Assembly: GCA_964035545.1 (NCBI GenBank)
Contig: CAXIUT010000099.1
Span: forward strand, 24,898 to 54,497
Reading direction: 5' to 3'
DNA: 29,600 nt
From: Bugula neritina
Taxonomy: Eukaryota > Animalia > Bryozoa
Of the stretch, positions 1 through 11,450 are shown one piece after another. Under the pieces are notes generated by a model. It was not told the DNA's origin. It was given only the letters and a program-made list of their open reading frames with translations, and did not search any database. How positions within the stretch are numbered: the stretch's first letter is position 1; every line of letters starts with the position of its first letter. The translations under genes were made by a program, and so were the position numbers.

Positions 1-75
1 CCCAACCCCAACCCCAACCCCAACCCCAACCCCAACCCCAACCCCAACCCCAACCCCAACCCCAACCCCAACCCC
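1..75. repeat. Left telomere, (CCCCAA)n, Tetrahymena-type C4A2 repeat
   Basis: Perfect CCCCAA repeats from base 1 to 75, followed by AT-rich sequence. Confidence 0.98.
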
Positions 76-190
76 TGAACTTGAATAAATTATAATTATA
101 ATCAAAAAAATAATAATATATAAAAAAATAATGTGATTGAGCTAGCTCTATTTTGACTTTTTAAATTGCTCTGAAAAAAATTGCATGTAT

Positions 191-282
191 TTAAGAACAT
201 TTTTAGATTTGTTCTTTGCATTTTAGAACATTTATTAACTGTTCTGATGTTCTTCACAAAACGGGAACAAAAGTGTTCTTAA
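191..282. repeat. 92-bp segment bounded by TTAA-ended inverted repeats (possible MITE/IES-like element)
   Basis: TTAAGAACATTTTT (191-204) vs AAAAGTGTTCTTAA (269-282) match at 13/14 as inverted repeats; further internal GAACA/TGTTC pairs. Confidence 0.4.
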
Positions 283-311
283 GTATATAATATTCGTTTG
301 GCAACACCATA

Positions 312-836
312 TCACCAACCACTCTTTAGAAAAAATTCAAACTTACTTTCCAATATGGTTGTAAAGACGGTATTTATCTAACCCTTTGCAAAGGAAAAGT
401 CATCTGGAATGGTAAAGTTATGCATATCAATCCAGTTAGCAGATTTGTTAAAACCTACTCAATATTAGTTGATGCCAAGCCAGGATAAAATCATCTCCAA
501 TTCAGAGGAGCAAGAGGTTCTAAAAAGTAAGGCCTCTTAATTGGTCATGTTACGTTAGTCAGAAAAGGAGATTTAGACAATATTGTTCAAAATGGAAATT
601 TTGAAAAGCCAAATGTTGGACAGGGTTAAAAAATCTATGATAAAATACCTGGGTGGACCGGAACTAAAGTCGAGCTTACATATGGAAAGCGATACAATCG
701 TAGATGGAAAGGACAAGCAGTAAAACTCGATGGTAAAAAATAATACTTCATCTCTCAACATTGGAATTTCGATAAAAACTTAAAAGAAATCAGAAGCTCC
801 CCTCTTTGTCCTTCATCCCCTTCGTCATTTCATTGA
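312..836 (+). pseudogene. Family A fragment (A0): one permuted beta-sandwich domain, with no signal peptide and no ATG ahead of the domain
   Basis: With TAR as sense reads SPTTLQKKFKLTFQYGCKDG...NGNFEKPNVG...KLDGKKQYFISQHWNFD...FH* (TGA 834-836). Closely similar to domain 2 of A1/A4. No in-frame ATG between TGA 138-140 and the domain start. Confidence 0.8.
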
Positions 837-1161
837 TCATTCATCCTTTATTAATTTTAATTTATCAACTATTTATTAAATATAATCTTAAAATAAATAA
901 TTATCATCCTGAGTTTTATTTTTAATGCCTATTTGATTATTATGCAAATATTTGTATTCTAAATTAATACTACCTATCTATATTATCGTTTTAAAGCTTA
1001 TTAATCAATTAAATATCAACTTTTTGGAAACATAAACCTTTTCCAACCTTTAAAACCTTTTGCAACCTTTCCGATCTTTCTCAACCTTTTAAAAATCAAA
1101 AAATGCATATTTATCTTCCTTCTAATACTCGAAATAACATTAAAAATTTAATAGAAATAAA

Positions 1162-1245
1162 GATCAATAATACCTTATTTCTGAAGTCAATCTTGTCAGA
1201 ATAATCAATAATACCTTATTTTAGGAGTCAATCTTCTCAGAATAA
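1162..1245. repeat. Two copies of a 41-bp minisatellite unit (six copies at 10158-10405)
   Basis: ATCAATAATACCTTATTT(C/T)...GTCAATCTT(G/C)TCAGAATA repeated twice. Confidence 0.85.
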
Positions 1246-1907
1246 CCAAAATGGACTATAAAATCAGATAGAAAATGCAAAATACTTAAAATAAATGAGG
1301 ACAACCTAACATTTATGAAGACCAAAGAAGGAAATAAGCAATATAAGTGATAAATACTTACCTTTATCTATAGTTGATAATTCTCACTTTTATTCGAACA
1401 ACTGTATTTCTAATAAGACAAGTGATAGCTCTTCGGGTTGTTGTTGTTATTTTATGTTTCATTTATCATCTGAAGTCTCAAAAGATCAGGATTACGAATG
1501 TTTTAGCGACTATTTTTCATTTCTTTTTGGGTTTTTAAAGGAAACTTATAGGCATTAGAGGACTTCATGCCTTAGAAAGGAGTAATTTATTCTTTATTTG
1601 TTTTATTTTAATTCTTACTAAGATATTTGATTTGTTATTTTAGTTTATCAGCTACTCATGACTTGAAATTGAACAAAACTTGATCAAAAAATTTTGTTAT
1701 AACTTGTATTAAGTCCTTTTTCATGGTTAATCCTTCGTATTTCATTGTAGTTTATCTATCTGATGTATTCTTTGATTTTTCTTGTGTACTATTCATGTTT
1801 TGAGGTATTTTTCTTCATCAAAAGTATTTTCAATATGAAATTTGAAATATTTAATCATCTTTGTTTTATTTAGAATATACCTGAGAACTATTTTTTGTTC
1901 ATTATTT

Positions 1908-2050
1908 TATTGTGGATATTTTTCTCATGATTTGCTATCATGATATTGTGATGAATTCGCTCTACTTTAGGAGTCTAATTATTGTGATATATTTTTCTCA
2001 TGATTTGCTATCATGATACTGTGATGACTTCGCTCTACTTTAGTAGTCTA
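1908..2050. repeat. Tandem duplication of a ~72-bp unit within the family A upstream block
   Basis: TATTGTG..ATATTTTTCTCATGATTTGCTATCATGATA.TGTGATGA.TTCGCTCTACTTTAG.AGTCTA occurs twice in tandem. Confidence 0.85.
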
Positions 2051-2137
2051 GCAAGTAGGAAATTAAACTAAAATAAATGAATTTAGATAAGTAGTGTTTT
2101 TTGTATGCAGTTTTATTTTAAAGCACGAATAGATTCT

Positions 2138-2153
2138 ATTGAAGATGATGGAA
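2138..2153 (+). promoter_or_regulatory. Conserved motif ATTGAAGATGATGGAA upstream of all five family A genes (function unproven)
   Basis: Identical 16-mer at 2138, 16214, 18207, 22238 and 25311, each 212-228 bp before the ATG. An AAAACTCAG..ATT.GAAAT motif lies ~60 bp before each ATG. Confidence 0.45.
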
Positions 2154-2165
2154 TATGTCGGCCTT

Positions 2166-2295
2166 CCCAACCCCAACCCCAACCCCAACCCCAACCCCAA
2201 CCCCAACCCCAACCCCAACCCCAACCCCAACCCCAACCCCAACCCCAACCCCAACCCCAACCCCAACCCCCAACCCCAACCCCAACCCCAACCCC
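2166..2295. repeat. Internal (CCCCAA)n telomeric tract, 130 bp, left-end orientation
   Basis: Direct read; one C5 variant near 2267-2271; ends 68 bp before the A1 ATG. Confidence 0.97.
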
Positions 2296-2363
2296 TTGTT
2301 TTTCTAAAACTCAGAAATTAGAAATATAAATTGAATGATGATTCTAATCGAATATAATGCGAA

Positions 2364-5300
2364 ATGAAGAAGTTTCTATTTCCTCTTGTTCTCATCAGTT
2401 TGTTTCTGGCAAACTACTGTCAATCCACTTCCCCTCCTTAATATCTGTCCGATGAGTTCCTGCTCTCATTCGACTATGCATGTAGAAAAGGAGTCTCTCT
2501 AAGCTCATGCAAGGCTCAACTAATATGGAATGGTCAAGTAGTCTCATCAATTAACCCTAGTGATAATAAGATTCACACTTATTATGTCTGGCTTTACGCT
2601 GAGATAGGACCAAACAAACTCCAATTCTCTGGATCAGGGAAAAGTGATAGTTATGGTCTCATCATTGACAATGTTAAGATGGTTAGAACTGGAACCAAAG
2701 AAGATATTGTAGTCAACGGAGACTTCTAAAAGCCAAGAGTTGGAAAAGGATGGAAAATCTTCAATAAAATTCCTGGATGGAGTGGAAAAGGAATTGAGGT
2801 TGGATGGGGAAAAATATACAATAGTGAATGGAATAGTCAAGTAGTCGAACTTGATGGAAACAGAAATTATGTCCTCACTCAACTTTGTAATTTTGATTGT
2901 GACTTCAACATCATCAGTTGTGGGTCTCTTGATTCTTCCGAACCATCGTCTCAATCACTACCTTAATCGCCTGGAACACTGCCATCACCTGGAAGCCCTC
3001 CATCAAACTCAATATTGTCTGGCCCTCTTTAGAAAAAATTCAAACTTACTTTCCAATATGCTTGTAGAAGCGGTATTTCTTTAAACATCTGCAAAGGAAA
3101 AGTCATCTGGAATGATGAAATTATGGATATCAATCCAACTAACAGATTTGTTAAAACCTATTCAGTATGGGTTGATGTCAAACCAGGATAAAATCGTCTT
3201 CAATTCAGAGGAGCTAGAGGTTCTAAAATGTAAGGTCTCATGATTGGTCATGTTTAGTTAGTCAGAAAAGGAGAAATAGACAATATTGTTAAAAATGGAA
3301 ATTTTGAAAAGCCAAATGTTGGACAGGGTTAAAAAATTTTTGATACAATACCTGGGTGGAGTGGAACTAAAGTCGAAATTGCATGGGGAGGACGGTACAA
3401 TTGTAAATGGAAAGGACAAGTAGTAAAACTCGATGGAAAAAAACAATATTTCATCTCTGAACATTGGAATTTGATAAAAACTTAAAAGAAATCAGAAGCG
3501 ACCCCCTTAATCCTTTATCATCTCAGTTGTTTCTATAACATCCATCATTTCTATCATCTCTACCTCATTTTAACATGAGACGAGATCTTATTAAGATTTT
3601 TACCCTCCTACATCACCTTAATCACCTTCATCATCTACATCACCTAAATCACCTTCATCACCTAAATCACCTTCATCACCTTCATCACCTTCATCACCTT
3701 CATCACCTTCATCACCTTCATCACCTTCATCACCTTCATCACCTTCATCACCTTCATCACCTTCATCACCTTCATCACCTTCATCAGCTTAATCTCCTTC
3801 GTCACTTTCATCACCTTCATCACCTTCATCGCCTTCATCACCTTCATCACCTTCATCAGCTTAATCACCTTAATCACCTTAATCACCTTAATCTCCTTAA
3901 TCTCCTTCATCACCTTCATCACCTTCATCAGCTTAATCTCCTTAATCTCCTTAATCTCCTTCATCACCTTCATCAGCTTAATCACCTTAATCACCTTAAT
4001 CTCCTTAGTCACCTTAATCACCTTCATCACCTTAATCACCTTCATCAGCTTAATCTCCTTCATCACCTTAATCTCCTTAGTTATCTCCCACCCTTTCCAA
4101 TAAATTCAAACTTACTTTCCAATATGCTTGCAGAAACGGTGTCGCTTTAAACTCATGCCAAGGAAAAGTCACTTGGAATGGTCAAGCTATGTTTATCAAT
4201 CCAACTAACCACCATATTCAATCATATTCAGCATAGGTTGATGCCAAGTAAGGACAAAATTCTCTGAAATTCTAAGGAGCTGGAAATAGTGATAGCTATG
4301 GTCTCATTATTGACAATGTTCAGCTGGTCAGAAAAGGATGCAACAAAAATATTGTTGTCAATGGAAACTTCTAGAATCCGAATATAGGAAGAGGATGGAA
4401 ACTCTTAAATAGCATTCATGGATGGCATGGAACCGGAATCGAAATTGGATGGGGACAGATATACAATAGTGGATGGAATAGTCAAGTCATAGAACTCGAT
4501 GGAAACCATAATTATGCCATCACTCAACTTTGGAATTTCGATTCTGACTTCAACATCATCAATAGCTGTACTCCTCCTCCTCCTCCTCCTCCTCCTCCTC
4601 CTCCTCCTCCTCCCACCCTTTCCAATAAATTCAAACTTACTTTCCAATATGCTTGCAGAAACGGTGTCGCTTTAAACTCATGCCAAGGAAAAGTCACTTG
4701 GAATGGTCAAGCTATGTTTATCAATCCAACTAACCACCATATTCAATCATATTCAGCATAGGTTGATGCCAAGTAAGGACAAAATTCTCTGAAATTCTAA
4801 GGAGCTGGAAATAGTGATAGCTATGGTCTCATTATTGACAATGTTCAGCTGGTCAGAAAAGGATGCAACAAAAATATTGTTGTCAATGGAAACTTCTAGA
4901 ATCCGAATATAGGAAGAGGATGGAAACTCTTAAATAGCATTCATGGATGGCATGGAACCGGAATCGAAATTGGATGGGGACAGATATACAATAGTGGATG
5001 GAATAGTCAAGTCATAGAACTCGATGGAAACCATAATTATGCCATCACTCAACTTTGGAATTTCGATTCTGACTTCAACATCATCAATAGCTGTACTCCT
5101 CCTCCTCCTCCTCCTCCTCCTCCTCCTCCTCCTCCTCCCACCCTTTCCAATAAATTCAAACTTACTTTCCAATATGCTTGCAGAAACGGTGTCGCTTTAA
5201 ACTCATGCCAAGGAAAAGTCACTTGGAATGGTCAAGCTATGTTTATCAATCCAACTAACCACCATATTCAATCATATTCAGCATAGGTTGATGCCAAGTA

Positions 5301-7176
5301 AGGACAAAATTCTCTGAAATTCTAAGGAGCTGGAAATAGTGATAGCTATGGTCTCATTATTGACAATGTTCAGCTGGTCAGAAAAGGATGCAACAAAAAT
5401 ATTGTTGTCAATGGAAACTTCTAGAATCCGAATATAGGAAGAGGATGGAAACTCTTAAATAGCATTCATGGATGGCATGGAACCGGAATCGAAATTGGAT
5501 GGGGACAGATATACAATAGTGGATGGAATAGTCAAGTCATAGAACTCGATGGAAACCATAATTATGCCATCACTCAACTTTGGAATTTCGATTCTGACTT
5601 CAACATCATCAATAGCTGTACTCCTCCTCCTCCTCCTCCTCCTCCTCCTCCTCCTCCTCCCACCCTTTCCAATAAATTCAAACTTACTTTCCAATATGCT
5701 TGCAGAAACGGTGTCGCTTTAAACTCATGCCAAGGAAAAGTCACTTGGAATGGTCAAGCTATGTTTATCAATCCAACTAACCACCATATTCAATCATATT
5801 CAGCATAGGTTGATGCCAAGTAAGGACAAAATTCTCTGAAATTCTAAGGAGCTGGAAATAGTGATAGCTATGGTCTCATTATTGACAATGTTCAGCTGGT
5901 CAGAAAAGGATGCAACAAAAATATTGTTGTCAATGGAAACTTCTAGAATCCGAATATAGGAAGAGGATGGAAACTCTTAAATAGCATTCATGGATGGCAT
6001 GGAACCGGAATCGAAATTGGATGGGGACAGATATACAATAGTGGATGGAATAGTCAAGTCATAGAACTCGATGGAAACCATAATTATGCCATCACTCAAC
6101 TTTGGAATTTCGATTCTGACTTCAACATCATCAATAGCTGTACTCCTCCTCCTCCTCCTCCTCCTCCTCCTCCTCCTCCTCCCACCCTTTCCAATAAATT
6201 CAAACTTACTTTCCAATATGCTTGCAGAAACGGTGTCGCTTTAAACTCATGCCAAGGAAAAGTCACTTGGAATGGTCAAGCTATGTTTATCAATCCAACT
6301 AACCACCATATTCAATCATATTCAGCATAGGTTGATGCCAAGTAAGGACAAAATTCTCTGAAATTCTAAGGAGCTGGAAATAGTGATAGCTATGGTCTCA
6401 TTATTGACAATGTTCAGCTGGTCAGAAAAGGATGCAACAAAAATATTGTTGTCAATGGAAACTTCTAGAATCCGAATATAGGAAGAGGATGGAAACTCTT
6501 AAATAGCATTCATGGATGGCATGGAACCGGAATCGAAATTGGATGGGGACAGATATACAATAGTGGATGGAATAGTCAAGTCATAGAACTCGATGGAAAC
6601 CATAATTATGCCATCACTCAACTTTGGAATTTCGATTCTGACTTCAACATCATCAATAGCTGTACTCCTCCTCCTCCTCCTCCTCCTCCTCCTCCCACCC
6701 TTTCCAATAAATTCAAACTTACTTTCCAATATGCTTGCAGAAACGGTGTCGCTTTAAACTCATGCCAAGGAAAAGTCACTTGGAATGGTCAAGCTATGTT
6801 TATCAATCCAACTAACCACCATATTCAATCATATTCAGCATAGGTTGATGCCAAGTAAGGACAAAATTCTCTGAAATTCTAAGGAGCTGGAAATAGTGAT
6901 AGCTATGGTCTCACTATTGACAATGTTCAGCTGATCAGAAAAGGATCCAACAAAAATATTGTTCTCAATGGAAACTTCTAGAATCCGAATTTAGGAAGAG
7001 GGTGGAGACTCTTAAATGAAATTTATGGATGGCAAAGAACAAGAACCAGAATCGAAATTGGATGGGGACCGATATACAATAGTGAATGGAATAGTCAAGT
7101 AGTAGAACTCGATGGAAACCATAATTATGCCATCACTCAACTTTGGAAATTCAATTCCTTTTATCACCTATATTGA
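2364..7176 (+). CDS. Family A gene A1: secreted protein, 8 permuted DUF642/galactose-binding-like domains, long Ser-Pro-Ser/Gln linker and poly-Pro linkers (~1600 aa); two apparent -1 frameshifts (~3472 and 3515-3605)
   Basis: MKKFLFPLVLISLFLANYCQSTS signal peptide; frame holds to 3470 and again from 3607 to TGA 7174-7176 with TAR as sense; collinear with uninterrupted paralogue A4. Confidence 0.85.
3607..4086 (+). repeat. Coding 9-bp VNTR (TCACCTTCA/TAA/TAG) encoding an (S-P-S/Q)n linker
   Basis: 9-bp periodicity, in frame with the downstream PTLSNKFKLTFQYAC domain start. Confidence 0.92.
4087..7170 (+). repeat. Six tandem ~520-bp domain repeats separated by (CCT)13,13,12,12,9
   Basis: Units start at ~4087, 4612, 5137, 5659, 6181, 6694. 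The first five look identical apart from CCT number; the sixth diverges in its 3' half. Confidence 0.95.
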
Positions 7177-7301
7177 AAGCTGGAATGATATCTAAACTAT
7201 TTTAAATCTCATATTATCATAAAAACTATCATTTTCCAGGCATAAAAATTGTTTTTATTATTCATGATAATAATAGTAAAAAGATAAATGGGATGAATCA
7301 A

Positions 7302-7559
7302 TCATGCACATATTCCTTGTTTGTTTATCATACCATGAGGACATTGCTGGATACAAGCATCAGCTGTTCTTAATCCATTGGGACAGCTTGCGATACAGAA
7401 TGAGTTGTGGAAGAAGTTTCCAGGACCGCAAACTCTTTTGCATTGATTACCATCTCTAAAAGTACCAATATACATTACTGAACACATGGTTTGTTGTATG
7501 AATATTTCCCTGACAGACAAGAAGTCATTCTTTGCATCGTCTGTTGAACTTTTATCTCT
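7302..7559 (-). CDS. Family C: Cys-rich (furin-like) probable terminal exon or gene fragment
   Basis: RDKSSTDDAKNDFLSVREIF...CKRVCGPGNFFHNSFCIASCPNGLRTADACIQQCPHGMINKQGICA* ending in TGA; preceded by an AT-rich tract ending TTTTAG (acceptor-like); upstream exons not identified. Confidence 0.6.
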   Translation of the reverse strand, partial: RDKSSTDDAKNDFLSVREIFIQQTMCSVMYIGTFRDGNQCKRVCGPGNFFHNSFCIASCPNGLRTADACIQQCPHGMINKQGICA

Positions 7560-8209
7560 CTAAAATTCTTTTTATTATTATCTTTGATTATTTATTATTT
7601 TGTCACTACTTAGAACATATTTGAAATAGATAAATTATCAAATTTTTATTTAAATCAGACAATATTTTCTTTAGCAAAAATTTTTAGTCAGCTCATTTTG
7701 AGTTTTTAGCTTTTATTTTACAAAAAATCATTTGCTTTTAGATAATTGATTAAGTTATATATTGATATCATTAAACCTCATTTGATATATTCGAAATAAC
7801 AGGAAAAACATGCAAATTTTATCATATAAAAGTTGTTATAAAGCAATAATGACTTTGTTTATCAAGAAATAAATCAAAATAGAATTAAATTTTAACTTTT
7901 ATGGATTGAAAATATCAAGTCATATTATTATTAGAGAACTAATAACACAAAAATAGTTCAAAAAACTTTGAAAAAATCAAAAAACTCTTTCTAAATGGAA
8001 GTTAGTGCTTTTTTATTTTTAAACAGGGGGTAGATTATTTGAAAAATAGTTATAAGATTAATAATAGCTCATTCAATGTTGACAAAAATGTTCCAAAAAC
8101 AAAAAAAATATCTATTTCATGATCTTTTAAGGCAATTTTGTAATACAAATAAACAAAAGAACTGCTCCTTTTATTTTTATGACGTTGCGATTTTGATATT
8201 TATTTTTTT

Positions 8210-9873
8210 ATGGGCTAAAACCAAACAAACCTCTCTAGAAAAGCTGGATTCACATTCGCAATACTCTTCATCTTGCTCTCCTTGCTTCCGTCTTCGAATG
8301 CACAACTCTAACATCATCCCTTAGTCTATATACGTACCTATTTTTCGACATAGAAAAAACCACCTTCACTGATTCAACAGGTTCAGGTATGACAGCAGCA
8401 ACAGTAGGTGGCTTCACCTTTCCTGTTACTTGGGACTACGCCCTTGCAGATAACATAAAAACCATGTTTGGCCTTAAGGGATTCAAGTTCGATGCGAATA
8501 GTACTCTAAGCTATTAATCCTAAGTTATTTCACCAACTACTACAGGAGCTAGCTTTAAGATTGTTCCTACAACTACTTATGCTAAGATTCTTTACTTAAG
8601 CTTTACAGTGGTTGTAATAGTAGCTGAAGACTAGTACATGCAGTTTGGAGAAAATGTTTACACCAATATTTCTAGTGGTTAATTATAAAAGACCTAAAGT
8701 CTGGTTTATAAGTCAACACTTCAAGGTAGTCTTAAATATATAAATTATTTCGAATATTTATCAGTAAAAGAAACTTCTTTTAGCAATTATTTGTCTTTTT
8801 CAGCCAAGGTAGTTTTACATATCGATTCAAAGCAAGTTAAAGTAACTATTGGATCACTAATTTAATTTTAGAAAATTAAATATGGCTATCTGATAGTGGT
8901 AAATAATCCATCTAACCCTATTTCTTTTGAGTCAAAAAATACTCTTTATACTTCTTCATCAAATACTGCTTATTCTGCTAGTAATTCAGATTTTGGAAAT
9001 GTAGTTTAAAATTACTGCATTTAAAGTTCTTTTAACATTGTTTTTTATTTTGTTGACTTTTATTTTTCAGAGTTTTTGTGGGACACTTCAGAAAGAAAAT
9101 TTTCCAGTTTGTTACTTTCAATTTCTCACATATATCTATGCATAGGTAGTTCTTGTTCAAGTAGAAAATACTGGGATAGTGGCAATAATAATTGTGCTAC
9201 TTGTCCGATAGACTGCTATTCTTGTGATAGTTCTGGTAATTGTCTTTCTTGTTTAACAGCAGATAACAGATAACTCTCATCTAAAAGATGTGTTCCTAAG
9301 ACTGGCTACTATGAAAGCAATGTTCAGGTAGCAGGAGATTGTACAGACTTATGCACAACTTGTAGTGGAAATACTGCTTGCCAAGCCTGCTGTGCTCTTC
9401 CACCTTGTATTGATAGACAATACTGGCATCGAACCAATGCTACCTGCACTCAATGCTCAGATGTAAAGTGTCTTACCTGTAACTCAGATGGAGACTGCCT
9501 TACCTGTTCATCAGATGTTGACTTCAGATAACTCTAGTCTACAAGTTGTGTTCCTATTGCTGGCTATTGTGAGTCTAATGAAGCAGTTGCAAAAGTTGAA
9601 GAGTTGTGTTCAAGCAGCAGTTCCAAAAAGATAAGAGGTACATACAATAAAGAAGCTACGATAACAGCTTTATCGCTAACAGGTGGAGTGGTATTGGCAG
9701 TGATTTTGGTAGTGATTGTAGCAAAAGCAAAAGCAGCTGCTTCAAGTGCTGGGTCTTTTGCGATGATCGAGCCAGTAAATGATATCTCTGCCATCAACTC
9801 TAGTGAACAGGTAACCCCAACCACAAAACCAAGCAAACAGTTAAACCTAAAAAGCGCAAGATCAAGATATTGA
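8210..9873 (+). CDS. Family B gene B1: type-I membrane protein (signal peptide, H-type-lectin-like domain, furin-like Cys-rich repeats, TM helix, short tail), 547 aa; join(8210..8333,8354..9873)
   Basis: MGQNQTNLSRKAGFTFAILFILLSLLPSSNAQ leader; open frame 8356-9873 with TAR as sense; CxxC-rich units; LSLTGGVVLAVILVVIVA TM segment; TGA stop. Confidence 0.88.
8334..8353 (+). other. 20-nt spliceosomal intron GTACCTATTTTTCGACATAG
   Basis: GT..AG ends; removal joins the signal-peptide frame to the main ORF; same position and length in B2. Confidence 0.85.
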
Positions 9874-10157
9874 TCACTCATCCATTAACCATCAATCTTT
9901 ATCAACTATTTATTAATTATAATTTTAAATAGATAATCTCTATCCTGAGTTTTACTTAAATATTTTTGGATTATTGTGCAAATATTTGTATTCTGAATTA
10001 ATACTCCAATCTACATTATCATATTAAAGCTTATTAATCAATTAACTATCAACTTTTTTGAAACATAAACATTTTTTCAACCTTTTCCAAGTCAAAAAAA
10101 ACCTATTCATCTTCCTTCTTCTTCTCAAATATCATTAGACAATTTGATAGAAATAAA

Positions 10158-10405
10158 AATCAATAATAGCCTTATTTCTGAAGCCAATCTTCTCAGAATA
10201 ATCAATAATACCTTATTTTTGGAGTCGATCTTCTCAGAATAATCAATAATACCTTATTTTTGGAGTCAATCTTCTCAGAATAATCAATAATACCTTATTT
10301 CTGAAGCCAATCTTATCAGAATAATCAATAATACCTTATTTCTGAAGCCAATCTTCTCAGAATAATCAATAATACCTTATTTTTAGACTCGATCTTCTCA
10401 GAATA
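10158..10405. repeat. 41-bp minisatellite, six copies, with imperfect internal hairpin (TTCTGAAG...CTTCTCAGAA)
   Basis: Units at ~10158, 10200, 10241, 10282, 10323, 10364; no unique spacers. Confidence 0.92.
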
Positions 10406-11450
10406 ACCAAAATGGACTCTCAAGTCAGATAGAAAGGTAAAATACTAGAAATAAATGAGGACAACCTAACATTTATGAAGATCAAAGAAGGAAATAAGCA
10501 ATAAAATGATAATTACTACCTTTATCTACTATTGATTAAACAGATGGATAACTAAGGATAGAATTCTCTTGAAATTTAATTTATACATTAAGTTAATTGA
10601 CTTAATTGATTATTAGATTAATGTTCATCAACTTTAGTTGATATTTTTTTACTTTTTAAGAGAACATCTTCGATGATGGCGATAAATCTCATCGATTCAG
10701 CATATCTATGAATTAAAATCTTTATCAATAACCTTAGCTTTTATTCAATAGTATTTTCTAAACTATCTCTAGTACTCCTTCGAACTTTTATCTCTTCCGA
10801 AACTATGTTTATTATCTTTGCTTATTTAACTTTATATAATCAATAGAACATATTAGAAATAGATAAATAATCAATTTTTTATTTTAAATCAGATGATATT
10901 TTCTTTAGTAAACTTTTTTAGTCAACTCATTTTGAGTCTTTAGCTTTGATTTAAATAAAATTCCTTCATCTATGAGATAATTGATTAAGTTATATTGCTA
11001 TTTTGAAACATCAATAAAATTATTCAAAAGTAAAAGATAAACAATATGATTTTATCATCCAAAAGTTCTTAATAAGCAATAGTGACTTAGTTTATTGATA
11101 AATAGTTATAAAATGATCGTAAATCAAGCATTTAAAGGTTAAAAGTATCAAGTTTTAAAAATCACTAAAGAGTTAATGCCTCATAGAGAGCTAAGAAAGC
11201 TATCAAAAGTTAAAAAAATTTCTTTTAAGAGAAAACAAATCTATTTTGATGAAAAAATAAAGAGTCGATTAAAGGAAAATAGTGATGATAAAAATAAAAA
11301 GTTGTTTAATATCAACAATAGTGTCCCAAAGCAAACAAAAGTCAAACAATTCTAATATTATGATTATATTGAAGGAATTTAAAAAATACAACAGACAAAA
11401 AACCTGATGCTTTTATTTGTTTGATATTACGATCTTGATATTAACTTTTC

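Noticed and set aside
1032-1092. AACCTTT repeats resembling a Tetrahymena chromosome breakage sequence
   Set aside because: No match to the AAACCAACCYC core, and not adjacent to any telomere junction.
2063-2329. ORF-track (GL)n, (PQ)n and (PN)n proteins
   Set aside because: They are translations of the internal telomeric tract.
3575-4150. His/Leu-rich ORF and antisense (MKV)n ORF (likewise 18939, 23521, 23596, 26054, 26075)
   Set aside because: Shadow frames of the Ser/Pro linker VNTRs; the frame continuous with the flanking domains contains TAR sense codons.
4405-6729. Repeated minus-strand poly-Arg ORFs, and similar antisense ORFs at 26536-29415
   Set aside because: Antisense shadows of family A repeats and (CCT)n linkers.
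10158-10405. CRISPR-like array
   Set aside because: Contiguous tandem units without unique spacers, no cas genes, eukaryotic context.
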